From Pseudomonadota bacterium (GTDB lineage: Bacteria > Bdellovibrionota > FAC87 > UBA2466), in assembly GCA_043767805.1 (NCBI GenBank), contig JAYUGC010000134.1, positions 1 through 57,697 on the forward strand: a stretch of DNA of 57,697 bases, given 5' to 3'. Shown in pieces: positions 11,405-20,463 of the stretch (its first letter is position 1; the number at the start of each line of letters is the position of its first letter). A program made the translations under genes and the position numbers. The notes beneath the pieces were generated by a model. That model worked only from the letters and a program-made list of their open reading frames with translations. It was not told the origin of the DNA and did not search any database.

Positions 11405-12006
11405 CCGCCGAGTGGGGATTTTCCATCGAGCCGAAAGGCAAGACCCAGAAGCTCATCAACCAGATCCACGACCGCGGCGTGCTCGAAGTCGAAGACGCCG
11501 CGCACTTGGCGGCCCTAAAGAAGCGTCCTTTGGACGCGGACGCGGCTTATACCTGGGAGCCGGGGCTCGAGCTCTCGGCGTACTCCGCGGATTGCATTCC
11601 CCTGCTCTTCTACTCTCCAAACGTGGTGGCGGCCGTGCACTCCGGCTGGCGCGGCACGATGAAGGGCGTCGTACCGGCGCTATTGGAGCGAATCGGGCGG
11701 GAGAAAACGGATTTACGCGTAGTGATTGGCCCCTGCATCGGAGGCTGCTGCTTCGAAGTGCGGGAGGATTTCATTACCGCGATGAAAGAGAATCACCATC
11801 CCATCGAGAAGTACCTCGATAAGCGCGGCGATTCGATTTACTGCCGGTTGCCGGAGCTACTCATTGAGACGCAGCTCAAAGAAATCCCGAAGGATCGCAT
11901 CGACACGACGGCGTTGCGCTGCACGGTCTGCTCGCAACCACGGCTCCCAAGTTTTCGCCGCAACAAATCGACTGATCCGCAAATCCGAGCTTGGATCCGC
12001 CGCTAA
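11401..12006 (+). CDS. pgeF: YfiH/PgeF-family (laccase-domain) protein
   Basis: NQIH, SADCIPLL, AAVHSGWRG and IGPCIGGCCFEV motifs; syntenic with rluD. Confidence 0.85.
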   Translation: MTAEWGFSIEPKGKTQKLINQIHDRGVLEVEDAAHLAALKKRPLDADAAYTWEPGLELSAYSADCIPLLFYSPNVVAAVHSGWRGTMKGVVPALLERIGREKTDLRVVIGPCIGGCCFEVREDFITAMKENHHPIEKYLDKRGDSIYCRLPELLIETQLKEIPKDRIDTTALRCTVCSQPRLPSFRRNKSTDPQIRAWIRR

Positions 12007-12022
12007 CGACTCCGCGCGCCGG

Positions 12023-12113
12023 GGAAGCATGAGAATGAGATCGAGAATAAGCATGAGTTTAAGACTCTTATTCCCTCACTAACGCTTATTCTCGATCTCA
12101 TTCTCATGCTTCC
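12023..12113. repeat. Palindromic GAGAAT/GAGATC-hexamer repeat element, copy 1
   Basis: Perfect 30-bp inverted repeat GGAAGCATGAGAATGAGATCGAGAATAAGC (12023-12052 / 12084-12113) between convergent genes. Confidence 0.88.
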
Positions 12114-12544
12114 TCCTGATCGGCGCGCACCCACTTCATGCTGTAGGCGTCGCGGACGCCGTCGTAGTAGCCCTTGCGGGTGACGGTGATACTGAAGCTG
12201 ATCTTTTTATAGAGCTCGAAGGCCGCCGTATTCTTGCACTCCACTTCGAGAAACGCGCGCTCGACCCCGTTCGCCGCAAGCGCCGCCCGCATCAACCCCT
12301 CGCCGATGCCTTGCCGGCGCAATGATTTATCGGTCGCCACCGAGACCACGTCCAAATCCCCCGCGACGAGTAGCCCCAGGAAATACGCCTTCAGCTTCCC
12401 TTCGACGAAGTGCCCCAAGCAAAGCCCGCAATCGTGATCCAGAAAATAGGCGAACTCCTTCGGTTCCCAAAGCCGCGGAAACGATCCGCGAGCGATGTCT
12501 CGAAGGTAGGGCATGTAACTGCCGTTCAAGCGGGGATAAGTCAT
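12104..12544 (-). CDS. GNAT acetyltransferase (RimI-like)
   Basis: RRQGIG acetyl-CoA motif, FLEV..NTAAFELYKK, RKGYY and DAYSM. Confidence 0.85.
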   Translation of the reverse strand: MTYPRLNGSYMPYLRDIARGSFPRLWEPKEFAYFLDHDCGLCLGHFVEGKLKAYFLGLLVAGDLDVVSVATDKSLRRQGIGEGLMRAALAANGVERAFLEVECKNTAAFELYKKISFSITVTRKGYYDGVRDAYSMKWVRADQEEA

Positions 12545-12547
12545 CGC

Positions 12548-13213
12548 CTAGCCCGTCAGGTGATTCACGACGCCGTACTTATCGCGCAGGAAGCGAATCC
12601 ATTCCTCGAGCCCCTTGCGCATCCGCTCTTTCTTCAGGAGCACCTCGATGCTGGGACGGAGGGCTTCGAAGTTCGAGCCCTTGAAACGATCCCGGTTCTG
12701 ATTGAAGTAGGTCTCGACCTCTTTCATCGTCACGATGGGAGTGAGCGTCTCGACTTTCTTTTGCAGAAACCGCTCGACCTGCACGCTCTTCGACCAGCGC
12801 TCCAGCGCTTCGGACTCCGTCCGGCCATACGTTTTCAGAAGCGTGTTGAAGCTGCCCTTACTCTTCTCCGCGCTACGCGCCCGGCGCAGCGGCTCTTCCA
12901 CTTGAGCGCGCGAGCCGCCGTCGAACTGGATGGCTTTCATCTCTAGAAATACCATCTCCTCGAAGGCCATCTTCTGAACGGTCTTTCGCAAAGCTTCGCC
13001 GTTCTCGGGCTCCAGAGGCTTCGGCTCTCCTGCGACGAATCGATTGAGAGCCCGGTAAAATCGGGCGTCCTGGATCGTGATGAGCGCCTTACCGACGGTC
13101 GCGGCCGTCCCATTGTAAAAGGACGCATCCGCCCACAAGACCGACGGAAAAAGCAAAATCACGATGCGGAAAATTTTAGAGATGGGCGATAGCCTCAATC
13201 TCGACGATGGCAT
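12548..13213 (-). CDS. Exported SurA/PrsA N-domain-like chaperone
   Basis: Signal-like segment (IFRIVILLFPSVLWA), VT..EVETYFNQN..RF and WIRFLRDKY.V C-terminus typical of SurA/PrsA helical domains. No parvulin motif; start codon uncertain. Confidence 0.6.
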   Translation of the reverse strand: MPSSRLRLSPISKIFRIVILLFPSVLWADASFYNGTAATVGKALITIQDARFYRALNRFVAGEPKPLEPENGEALRKTVQKMAFEEMVFLEMKAIQFDGGSRAQVEEPLRRARSAEKSKGSFNTLLKTYGRTESEALERWSKSVQVERFLQKKVETLTPIVTMKEVETYFNQNRDRFKGSNFEALRPSIEVLLKKERMRKGLEEWIRFLRDKYGVVNHLTG

Positions 13214-13562
13214 CCCGGGGAAGCCCTGCGACCGCAAAGGTCGCACGCGCCGGATAGGGCTGCTGCAAGAAGGTGGCGTAGACCTCATTAAATGGGGTGA
13301 AATCAGCCATGCTCCTGAGAAGTACGGTGGTTTTCACGAGGTTACCAAATCCCAGCCCCTGAGACTGAAGCACTGCTTCCAAGTTCTTCATAGCTTGCTT
13401 GGTCTGGCCTTCGATACCGCCCTCGACGAGCTTGCCCGTCGCGGGATCGAGACCGACTTGGCCCGAGAGAAAGAGAAAATCTCCGAAACGAATGCCTTGA
13501 GAGTAAGGACCGATGGCCTGGGGCGCGTTGGTCGTGGCGGCCGCTCTTTTCGTCTTTTCCAT
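13176..13562 (-). CDS. ridA: RidA/YjgF enamine deaminase
   Basis: APQAIGPYSQ, LSGQVGLDP, YPARA and LPRDAIVEIEAIA. Confidence 0.93.
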   Translation of the reverse strand: MEKTKRAAATTNAPQAIGPYSQGIRFGDFLFLSGQVGLDPATGKLVEGGIEGQTKQAMKNLEAVLQSQGLGFGNLVKTTVLLRSMADFTPFNEVYATFLQQPYPARATFAVAGLPRDAIVEIEAIAHL

Positions 13563-13564
13563 GA

Positions 13565-13915
13565 TTACTCCTTCTTTTTCTCAGTATCGGAATCCTTGGG
13601 CTCGAACGTCATGCGAGCCTCGAAATGCACTTTATGAGTCTCCAGGAACTTGGCGACCTCTTTCGAGATATCCACTTTCGATAAGACTCGGCCGAATTCC
13701 TTCGCCATGGACTCGTATAGGTCGTCCTTCTTCTTTCCCACATTGTCCATGAGGGCGGCGACCACATCCTTGGGGAGCTTCTTGTCCTTTAGATAATTGC
13801 GCACGGCCTCTTCCGTCATGAAGAGGGTGCCGAGACCCATGGTAGTGACTTCTTTCATCACGTCGGTCCACCACGGGCCGGATTTTTCGTCCGGTTTGTC
13901 GGATTCGTCGCTCAT
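13565..13915 (-). CDS. Hypothetical protein
   Basis: 116-aa ORF translationally coupled within the glpX operon; typical codon usage. Confidence 0.7.
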   Translation of the reverse strand: MSDESDKPDEKSGPWWTDVMKEVTTMGLGTLFMTEEAVRNYLKDKKLPKDVVAALMDNVGKKKDDLYESMAKEFGRVLSKVDISKEVAKFLETHKVHFEARMTFEPKDSDTEKKKE

Positions 13916-14343
13916 ACCATCTCCTTCGCTCGTTTTTCGAACCCTTCGAGCATTTTCGGAAGACTCACTTCCGTGAGTTTGCGCGTGACCCAGCCAGGGA
14001 CCATGAAGCCGAAATTCAGATCGACCTCATAAGTCGCGTGCACGCGGTTGCCGCCGAGATCTTTCAAAAGCCAGCGGCCGTCGTTCTTTTTGAAGAAATT
14101 GCTCTCAACCAGACGCCAGCTCAGCTCTTTGTGCTCCACCTCGGTAAATTCCAGGGTGTACCCAAAGCGCTTTACGACTTCGAGCTCGAACTGAACGACC
14201 TGCTTGCCGCCGCTCTGGGGAAGGCGCTTGGCGACGACCACTTCCTCGACGAAATCGGGATAGCGCTCGTAATCCGTGATGACCTTCCAGAGGGCCGCCA
14301 CACTGACGTCCATCTCTTTTTCTTTAGCGACTTTAGCGCCCAT
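13912..14343 (-). CDS. SRPBCC/START (polyketide cyclase, RatA-like) protein
   Basis: VITDYERYPDFV, SWRLVES..FKKNDGRW and ATYEVDL; C-terminal helix. Confidence 0.85.
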   Translation of the reverse strand: MGAKVAKEKEMDVSVAALWKVITDYERYPDFVEEVVVAKRLPQSGGKQVVQFELEVVKRFGYTLEFTEVEHKELSWRLVESNFFKKNDGRWLLKDLGGNRVHATYEVDLNFGFMVPGWVTRKLTEVSLPKMLEGFEKRAKEMV

Positions 14344-14346
14344 GGT

Positions 14347-15306
14347 TTACCAGCCGAAATTGGGTTTGGTGTGAAAGTGATGAGTCGCGCGGATATCGCG
14401 GATGGTGCCCGTTTCCGAGCGCATCACGACGGAGTGAGTGCGCGCGCCGCCGCCGAAATAATTCACGCCCCGGAGGTAACTGCCATTAGTTACGCCGGTA
14501 CCGATGAACATGACGTTGCCGCGCGCGAGATCGAGCAGGCCGTACACGCGCTTTTCGTCCGTGATGCCCATCTTCTTCGCCCGCCCGCGCTCGTCGTCGT
14601 TTCTAAATTTCAAAACGCCCTGCATGTCGCCGCCGAGGCAACGCAAAGCGGCCGCCGCGATGACGCCTTCGGGAGCGCCGCCGATGCCGATGAGCATGTC
14701 GACGCCCGTGGAATCGTCCGCCGTCGCGATGGCCGCCGAAACGTCGCCGTCGCCGATCAAGCGGATGCGAGCGCCCGACAGGCGCACTTCCTTGATGAGC
14801 TCCGCGTGGCGCTCTCTATCCAAAATGATGACCATCATGTCGGCCACGTCTTTGCCTTTGGCCCGCGCCACTTCCTGGATGTTCCAGGTAGGGCTTCTCG
14901 TGATGTCGATGGCGCCTTTCGCGCGAGGACCGACGGCGATCTTGTCCATGTAGGTGTCGGGGGCGTGGAGGAAGTTGCCCTCTTCCGCGGCCGCGATAAC
15001 CGAGAGCGCTTCGCTGCGCCCCATGGCCGTGATGCTCGTGCCCTCTAAAGGATCGCAGGCGATGTCGATTTTCGGGCCCGACCCCGCGCCGACTTTTTCG
15101 CCGATGTAGAGCATCGGCGCTTCGTCACGCTCGCCCTCTCCGATTTGAATGGTGCCGTCGAACTCGATGGTATCGAACGCTTTCCTCATGGCTTCGACGG
15201 CGGCGTTATCGGCCGCGTCCGCCTCACCACGCCCAATCCAGCGGCCCACCGAAAGGGCGGCCGCTTCAGTCACACGCACGAATTCCAGAGCTAGGTTTCT
15301 ATCCAT
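14347..15306 (-). CDS. glpX: Class II fructose-1,6-bisphosphatase
   Basis: RVTEAAA, IGEGERDEAPMLYIGE, DPLEGT and GGAPEGVIAAAAL. Confidence 0.96.
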   Translation of the reverse strand: MDRNLALEFVRVTEAAALSVGRWIGRGEADAADNAAVEAMRKAFDTIEFDGTIQIGEGERDEAPMLYIGEKVGAGSGPKIDIACDPLEGTSITAMGRSEALSVIAAAEEGNFLHAPDTYMDKIAVGPRAKGAIDITRSPTWNIQEVARAKGKDVADMMVIILDRERHAELIKEVRLSGARIRLIGDGDVSAAIATADDSTGVDMLIGIGGAPEGVIAAAALRCLGGDMQGVLKFRNDDERGRAKKMGITDEKRVYGLLDLARGNVMFIGTGVTNGSYLRGVNYFGGGARTHSVVMRSETGTIRDIRATHHFHTKPNFGW

Positions 15307-15374
15307 TCAACGGTTCTCCTCGCTGACTTTTACCATAGGCAAAAGGGGATGCAAATCAGAGGAACCGTTGAAAG

Positions 15375-15455
15375 AAGGAGAAAATTGGAGAGGTGGATGA
15401 AGAACTGGCAGCTCTTCACCCACCTCTTCGGGGGGTTGGAGGGGTCTCGTTTGCC
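15375..15455 (-). ncRNA. Candidate small RNA (C-rich single-stranded segment plus long terminal hairpin)
   Basis: Minus strand reads CCCCTCCAACCCCCC, then a hairpin GAGGTGGGTGAAGAGCTG/CAGTTCTTCATCCACCTC that pairs fully only on this strand (two G-U), then a pyrimidine run. An ECF-like promoter lies upstream. Confidence 0.4.
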
Positions 15456-15463
15456 TAGATAAC

Positions 15464-15490
15464 GACGAAAGCCGGTCGAAGGGTGTGACG
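15464..15490 (-). promoter_or_regulatory. ECF41-like promoter
   Basis: CGTCACA-N16-CGTC on the minus strand, compared with the ECF41 consensus TGTCACA-n16-CGTC. Confidence 0.4.
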
Positions 15491-15512
15491 GACTCCGTGT
15501 TAAAATTTATCC

Positions 15513-16286
15513 ATGTCCGCCAAAGCTCAACGCACCGGGCCTCAAAACCCAGACGGCTCTTACGCTGAAAAACAACTGCGCTCCCGGGTGCCGCTCCTCA
15601 GATTCAGCCATGGAGCGCGCTTTCGGATGGCCCGGCGTCTAGTGCGTCCTTTCATCGGAAAACGCCTCCTCGATTTCGGCTGCGGCGACGGAACTTTTCT
15701 CGCCTCCCTCCAAAACCTCTTCCCGCGCTCCACGGGCGCGGATCAGGACGCCAACCAGCTCGCCCATTGCCGGAAAATCATGCCGCAAGGTGAGTTCGTG
15801 GAGCCCGGCCGGGTGACCGGCCCATTCGATCTCATCACTTGCATGGAAGTCTTCGAACATTGCCTCGCCGACGAAAGACTCCGGCTTCTCGACGCCTTCT
15901 CGAGCTGGCTCGCCCCCGGCGGCGCGCTCATCATCAGCGTTCCGGTGGAAATCGGCCCGAGCTTACTCATCAAGGAAAGCATGCGGGCGCTGGCCGGCTG
16001 GCTCGGCCAGAAGGATTATCGCCACAAAGAGATCTACCGCTGGAAAGAGCTTTTGACTCAAGTCGGCGCAAACGCCGATACGCAAATCGCACGCCCTGTC
16101 TGGAAGAGCGGCCCGCAGGAAGCGCCCGTGCCCTACCACGGGCACAAAGGGTTCAACTGGATGGCGTTTCAAATCGAGATCGAGCGCCGTTTCACAGTGG
16201 AAAGAGTGACGTTCTCTCCCGTCCCGCGCCTCGGGCGCTGGCTGAACAGCCAGACGTGGTTTGTTTGCCGACCTCGCGAGACTTAA
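15513..16286 (+). CDS. Class I SAM-dependent methyltransferase
   Basis: LLDFGCGDG, FDLITCMEVFEH and LAPGGALIISVP. Confidence 0.88.
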   Translation: MSAKAQRTGPQNPDGSYAEKQLRSRVPLLRFSHGARFRMARRLVRPFIGKRLLDFGCGDGTFLASLQNLFPRSTGADQDANQLAHCRKIMPQGEFVEPGRVTGPFDLITCMEVFEHCLADERLRLLDAFSSWLAPGGALIISVPVEIGPSLLIKESMRALAGWLGQKDYRHKEIYRWKELLTQVGANADTQIARPVWKSGPQEAPVPYHGHKGFNWMAFQIEIERRFTVERVTFSPVPRLGRWLNSQTWFVCRPRET

Positions 16287-16312
16287 CGTATGGTGGGACC
16301 GTGATTACGGAC

Positions 16313-16684
16313 ATGGAAAAGCTATTAAAGCTGCAGAGGGACCGGCGCCGGGATCGGCAACAGGCCACCACTCGCCGCCGGAGAGCGGTTCAAGGCGCGC
16401 CCAAAAAGATGGACAATCTGGTCTCCGAGTTCTTCGGCCACGACCCCGAGGCCGTCCGCCGCATCGAAGAGCATAGGGCCATTCAGGCCTGGGCCGAAGT
16501 CGTGGGCCCCGCCGCCGCCGCCTTCTCCAAAGCCGAGCGCGTGAGAAACCGTCAGCTCGTCATCAAGGTGCGGGACCCGATGTGGCTCCACCAGCTCTAT
16601 CTTTTGAAGAACGAACTACTTCGAAAGTACCGGACGGCGTTTCCGTCCTTAAAGCTCGATGATATTTTTTATACCGGCACCTGA
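16313..16684 (+). CDS. dciA: DciA (DUF721) helicase-loader family protein
   Basis: AWAEVVG...LVIKV.DPMWLHQL..LKNELL pattern. The true start is probably the ATG at 16313, not 15839. Confidence 0.8.
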   Translation: MEKLLKLQRDRRRDRQQATTRRRRAVQGAPKKMDNLVSEFFGHDPEAVRRIEEHRAIQAWAEVVGPAAAAFSKAERVRNRQLVIKVRDPMWLHQLYLLKNELLRKYRTAFPSLKLDDIFYTGT

Positions 16685-17118
16685 ACGCCGGTGCTACCAA
16701 AGCCGCCCACGCCGCGCACGGTCTCGCCCAAGCTGTCCGTCTCCACGAACGCCATCTGATCGACCTTTTGCAGGACTAATTGCGCGATGCGATCGCCCGG
16801 CTGAATGGTCACGGGCTCGGTGCCGAGATTGATGACCAGTACCTTCACTTCCCCGCGGTAATCGCTGTCGATGGTACCCGGCGCGTTCACCACGGTGAGC
16901 CCCTGCTTAAAGGCAAGGCCGCTGCGAGGACGGACCTGAATCTCGAAGCCCAGGGGGATTTCCACGGCAAGGCCTGTGGGGATGGCGTCCCGAGCCGACG
17001 GGGCGAGCACGCGCGGCGTATCGAGGCACGCGGTGACGTCGCAGCCAGCCGCTCCTTCCGACATATAACGCGGGACTTGAGCTTTGGGATCGAGCTTTCG
17101 GACTTTAATGGAAATCAT
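16669..17118 (-). CDS. dut: dUTP diphosphatase
   Basis: AAGCD, RPRSGLA, GTIDSDYRGE, GDRIAQ and RGVGGFGSTG. Confidence 0.96.
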   Translation of the reverse strand: MISIKVRKLDPKAQVPRYMSEGAAGCDVTACLDTPRVLAPSARDAIPTGLAVEIPLGFEIQVRPRSGLAFKQGLTVVNAPGTIDSDYRGEVKVLVINLGTEPVTIQPGDRIAQLVLQKVDQMAFVETDSLGETVRGVGGFGSTGVQVPV

Positions 17119-17185
17119 GACCGTGGAAACTAGATCACAAAGCGCGGGTTGGCAAAGTACCAGGCCCGTGAAACACTTTAGGCCT

Positions 17186-17638
17186 ATGAACAAAAACGGC
17201 ACCCAGACTCCTTCAGGCGTTCAAGAACAGATCCCCGATCGGCAAGGTCCGGCGTCCGTCGCCTTCTCCATCGGCCTCGGAGCGGCGGCCATCGCCGCGC
17301 TGGCGGGGGTGGTGATCTTGTTTTTTCTGATGTTCAAGAAGGAAGCTCAGATGACGAGCGGCCCGGTGACGAGCCCCAACGCTTACCGGCTGTCCCAAGC
17401 GCTCTCCATAGCCGCCAAGGAAAATTCCCTGGAACAAATGGCGTCGCTCCTCGCGGAAGGCGCCGACCCAAATTTCTACGGCAACTGCCATGGCTCGACG
17501 CCTCTCTTTCAGGCGTACCTGACCGGCAATATGGAAGCCATCGAGCTGCTGCGAAAAAACAAAGCAGCCGCCCTCTGCGACGGTTTTCAGAAGCTGCTCA
17601 GAGAGAAGTACGACTGGAAGGAATCCGACTTTCAGTAA
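17186..17638 (+). CDS. Single-TM ankyrin-repeat protein
   Basis: TM segment (IGLGAAAIAALAGVVILFFLMF) followed by LSIAA...LLAEGADPN...GSTPLFQA..GNMEAIELL. Confidence 0.75.
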   Translation: MNKNGTQTPSGVQEQIPDRQGPASVAFSIGLGAAAIAALAGVVILFFLMFKKEAQMTSGPVTSPNAYRLSQALSIAAKENSLEQMASLLAEGADPNFYGNCHGSTPLFQAYLTGNMEAIELLRKNKAAALCDGFQKLLREKYDWKESDFQ

Positions 17639-18818
17639 CTCGCCCGCTTCCGAAAGCGGCCCGGTACTCCGTCGTCAGGCGATCGAGATGCGTTTTGGCG
17701 GAGAAGCGCGCCGAGAGCATTTCTTTTCCGCGATTGCCCATTCGCACGCGTGAGACTTCGTCACGGAGCAAAGCGCCCATGGCCTCGGCCAAAGCGTCGG
17801 CGCTCGTCTCTTTGAGTAAGCGGCCGTTCTCCCCGTCTTTTAACCACTCGCCGATGCCACCGCGATCAAATCCAATAATGGGACGAGCGGCCGCCATGGC
17901 TTCGAGACCCACCAAACCAAAAGGCTCCGGCCAGAGCGAGGGCACGACGACGATCGCCGTGCTGTCATACGCGTGGTGAAGCGCTTCGCCTTCGCTCCAC
18001 CCGTAAAAATCCGCTTCCAACCCGAGCTCGCTCGCGCGATCGGTCAGCTGACCGCGCAGCGGGCCTTCGCCGATGACGACGAGACGAGGCCGGGGCCGCA
18101 TCCGCGCCACCGCTTCGACGAGAAGCGCAACGCCTTTGTCGGGCGTGAGCCGACCCACGTAGAGGATGCCCTCCCCGCCGCCCGCGGTTCCCCACGGCTC
18201 GGGTCCCGGAAGCCCCACGAGAGCCACCCGGCCCGCGTCGACTCCGTTGGAGACGAGCTCTTTGCGCATATACTCGCTCGCCACGAAATATTTCTTCAGG
18301 TGACTCTCGCTGCCGCGGTAACGAACGCTCGCGGCGTACCGGGGCAAATGCACCCATGGCCGGCGAGAGCCGCACCCTTGCAGAAGAGGCGCGATGGCGC
18401 AGAAGGGACCCACCCGGCGGTCGCAAGCTTGCCCCGAGGATTTCAAAAATTTTCCAAAGCCCGGGCAGGCGAGCGGAAACTGATCGTGCAGAAAGGCGAC
18501 CGTCGGAAACTCAGTGGCGAGCCACAGCGTCGGTTCCCACTGCGCGAGACGATTGACGTGCACGACGTCCGGGCGAAACTCGGCGGCGATGCGCCTCACC
18601 TGATCGCGATCGATATCGACGGATCCGGACAAAGTGAGGCCGGGGCAAAGCGCGCTTTTCGCGGACGCCGGCAGCGGCGGCCGACCCCGTTTCGCGTACA
18701 GCAAACCGACGTCATAGCCGCGCTGGGTCAGTCCGGCGGCGATACTATGGACGTAACTTTCGGTTCCGCCGGCTGAGCCTCCCCATTCGTTGACGAGGAG
18801 AATTCTTTTGGGGTCCAT
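17598..18818 (-). CDS. GT4 glycosyltransferase
   Basis: GGTE, YVGRLTPDKG and PSLWPEPFGLVGLEAMAA. Confidence 0.9.
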   Translation of the reverse strand: MDPKRILLVNEWGGSAGGTESYVHSIAAGLTQRGYDVGLLYAKRGRPPLPASAKSALCPGLTLSGSVDIDRDQVRRIAAEFRPDVVHVNRLAQWEPTLWLATEFPTVAFLHDQFPLACPGFGKFLKSSGQACDRRVGPFCAIAPLLQGCGSRRPWVHLPRYAASVRYRGSESHLKKYFVASEYMRKELVSNGVDAGRVALVGLPGPEPWGTAGGGEGILYVGRLTPDKGVALLVEAVARMRPRPRLVVIGEGPLRGQLTDRASELGLEADFYGWSEGEALHHAYDSTAIVVVPSLWPEPFGLVGLEAMAAARPIIGFDRGGIGEWLKDGENGRLLKETSADALAEAMGALLRDEVSRVRMGNRGKEMLSARFSAKTHLDRLTTEYRAAFGSGRVTESRIPSSRTSL

Positions 18819-18954
18819 GAGTGTGAAATTTCCAGTCCGGGAAGGAAGTGCTGGCCGCATCGCAGCGCAAACGCACTTAAGTCAGCTAAACCGTTTTTTT
18901 ATTATAGAATGGAAAGGGAGGTGATTCCCACCTTCACGTGCCCCTCTACTTAAA

Positions 18955-20463
18955 ATGACGCGCACCAAAAAGTTCCTCTACGGCGTGGGCTGGGGCTACG
19001 TAAACCAGTTCGTCATGGCGGCGGCCGGACTCTACCTCACCCGCTTCTATTTGGGCGCGCTCGGCAAATCGTTTTACGGCTTGTGGATCGTAGGCCTTCA
19101 GATTCTCGCCTATCTCACGCTCCTGGATCTCGGTCTCGTCGCGCTTCTCCCCCGGGAGACCGCTTACGCCCTGGGGGGTAACCGCGGGCGCTTGCCGGCG
19201 CTAATCGCGGAAACCGTTTCGCTCTCTTCCGCGCAGGCTCCCCTCCTCGCGCTACTTTCTCTCGTCGCCTGGTTCTGGCTTCCCGTCGAATGGGCGACAT
19301 TGAAAGGCCCGCTCGCTTTTACGTTCGCGGCTTTCGTTTTCAGCTTTCCGTTAAGAACCTATCCGGCGGTTTTGCAGGGACTTCAGGATTTTTCTTTTTT
19401 AGGTAAAGCGCATTTCATCACGTGGGCCTTGGGTACGGTCGCTTCCGTCGCGGGCCTTTGGGCCGGACTTGGCCTCTACGCCCTCGCCGCGGGTTGGATC
19501 GTCACCCAAGGCACGCTCTTTCTTTCGTGCTACGTTAGACTGCGCAGTGAGTTCGCAAGCGATCTACCCACACGGATTGCCCTGCCGACATGGGCGCTCG
19601 CCAAAGCGCGCTTCGCGAAAAGCGGCTGGATCACCCTGAGCCAGGTCTCCCAGGTTCTCTTGGTCGGCACCGACGTTCTCGTCCTGGGAAAGCTTCTCGG
19701 GCCGGGCACGGTCGTGGTGTACGCCTGCACAAGTAAGCTCGTTCAACTTTTGGTGAATCAACCGCTGACTCTCACCCAAAGCGCGCTCCCCGGTCTCTCC
19801 GAGCTGAAGTCGAGTCAAGATCTGGGTGCCATCCGGCGCGTGTCCGAGTCGCTCACGCTTCTCGTGATGCTCGTCTCGGGCGCTATCGTGGCGGTGGTTC
19901 TCGCCGTCAACGGCGGATTCGTGCGCTGGTGGGTCGGGACGGAACAGTACGGCGGCAACGCCCTCACCCTGCTTCTCGTCCTCAACATGACCGTGCGCCA
20001 CTACGCGACCACTCTCGTTTTCTCGCTCTTTTGTTTCGGTCATGAAAAAGCGCTTGCGCTCATCGGCATCGCGGACGGCGTGCTCACCTTGGGACTCAGT
20101 CTCTTGCTCACGCCTCGCTTCGGCATGCTGGGGCCGGTCATCGCGTCTCTTCTCGGCGCCGTCACCCTTTCCATTCCCCTCGTCGCGCGCTATCTCGCTC
20201 ACGATCTTCGCCTTTCGTTTTTCGGCATGCTTCGCCCCTTGGTTGCGTGGACGTGGCGGATGACGGCGCTCGGAGCCGTCGCGGCCATGGTCCTCTGGGG
20301 CCGCCCGCCCCGAGGCCCGCTCGAAGTCGGCGCCGTGACCGCCGTGATGGCCACCATTTACGCGCTCCTCATGCTTCCCATCGTGAAGCGCTCGAGCCTA
20401 CTTCTCTACGCTCAGCCCGTATGGGATCGTACGGTGGGACTCGCGCTAAGGAGAGCCAAATGA
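18955..20463 (+). CDS. wzx: Wzx-type polysaccharide flippase (MOP superfamily)
   Basis: About 12-14 hydrophobic segments, LG...YGLW...LLDLGL N-terminal pattern and TDVLVLGKLLG; located in the GT cluster. Confidence 0.85.
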   Translation: MTRTKKFLYGVGWGYVNQFVMAAAGLYLTRFYLGALGKSFYGLWIVGLQILAYLTLLDLGLVALLPRETAYALGGNRGRLPALIAETVSLSSAQAPLLALLSLVAWFWLPVEWATLKGPLAFTFAAFVFSFPLRTYPAVLQGLQDFSFLGKAHFITWALGTVASVAGLWAGLGLYALAAGWIVTQGTLFLSCYVRLRSEFASDLPTRIALPTWALAKARFAKSGWITLSQVSQVLLVGTDVLVLGKLLGPGTVVVYACTSKLVQLLVNQPLTLTQSALPGLSELKSSQDLGAIRRVSESLTLLVMLVSGAIVAVVLAVNGGFVRWWVGTEQYGGNALTLLLVLNMTVRHYATTLVFSLFCFGHEKALALIGIADGVLTLGLSLLLTPRFGMLGPVIASLLGAVTLSIPLVARYLAHDLRLSFFGMLRPLVAWTWRMTALGAVAAMVLWGRPPRGPLEVGAVTAVMATIYALLMLPIVKRSSLLLYAQPVWDRTVGLALRRAK

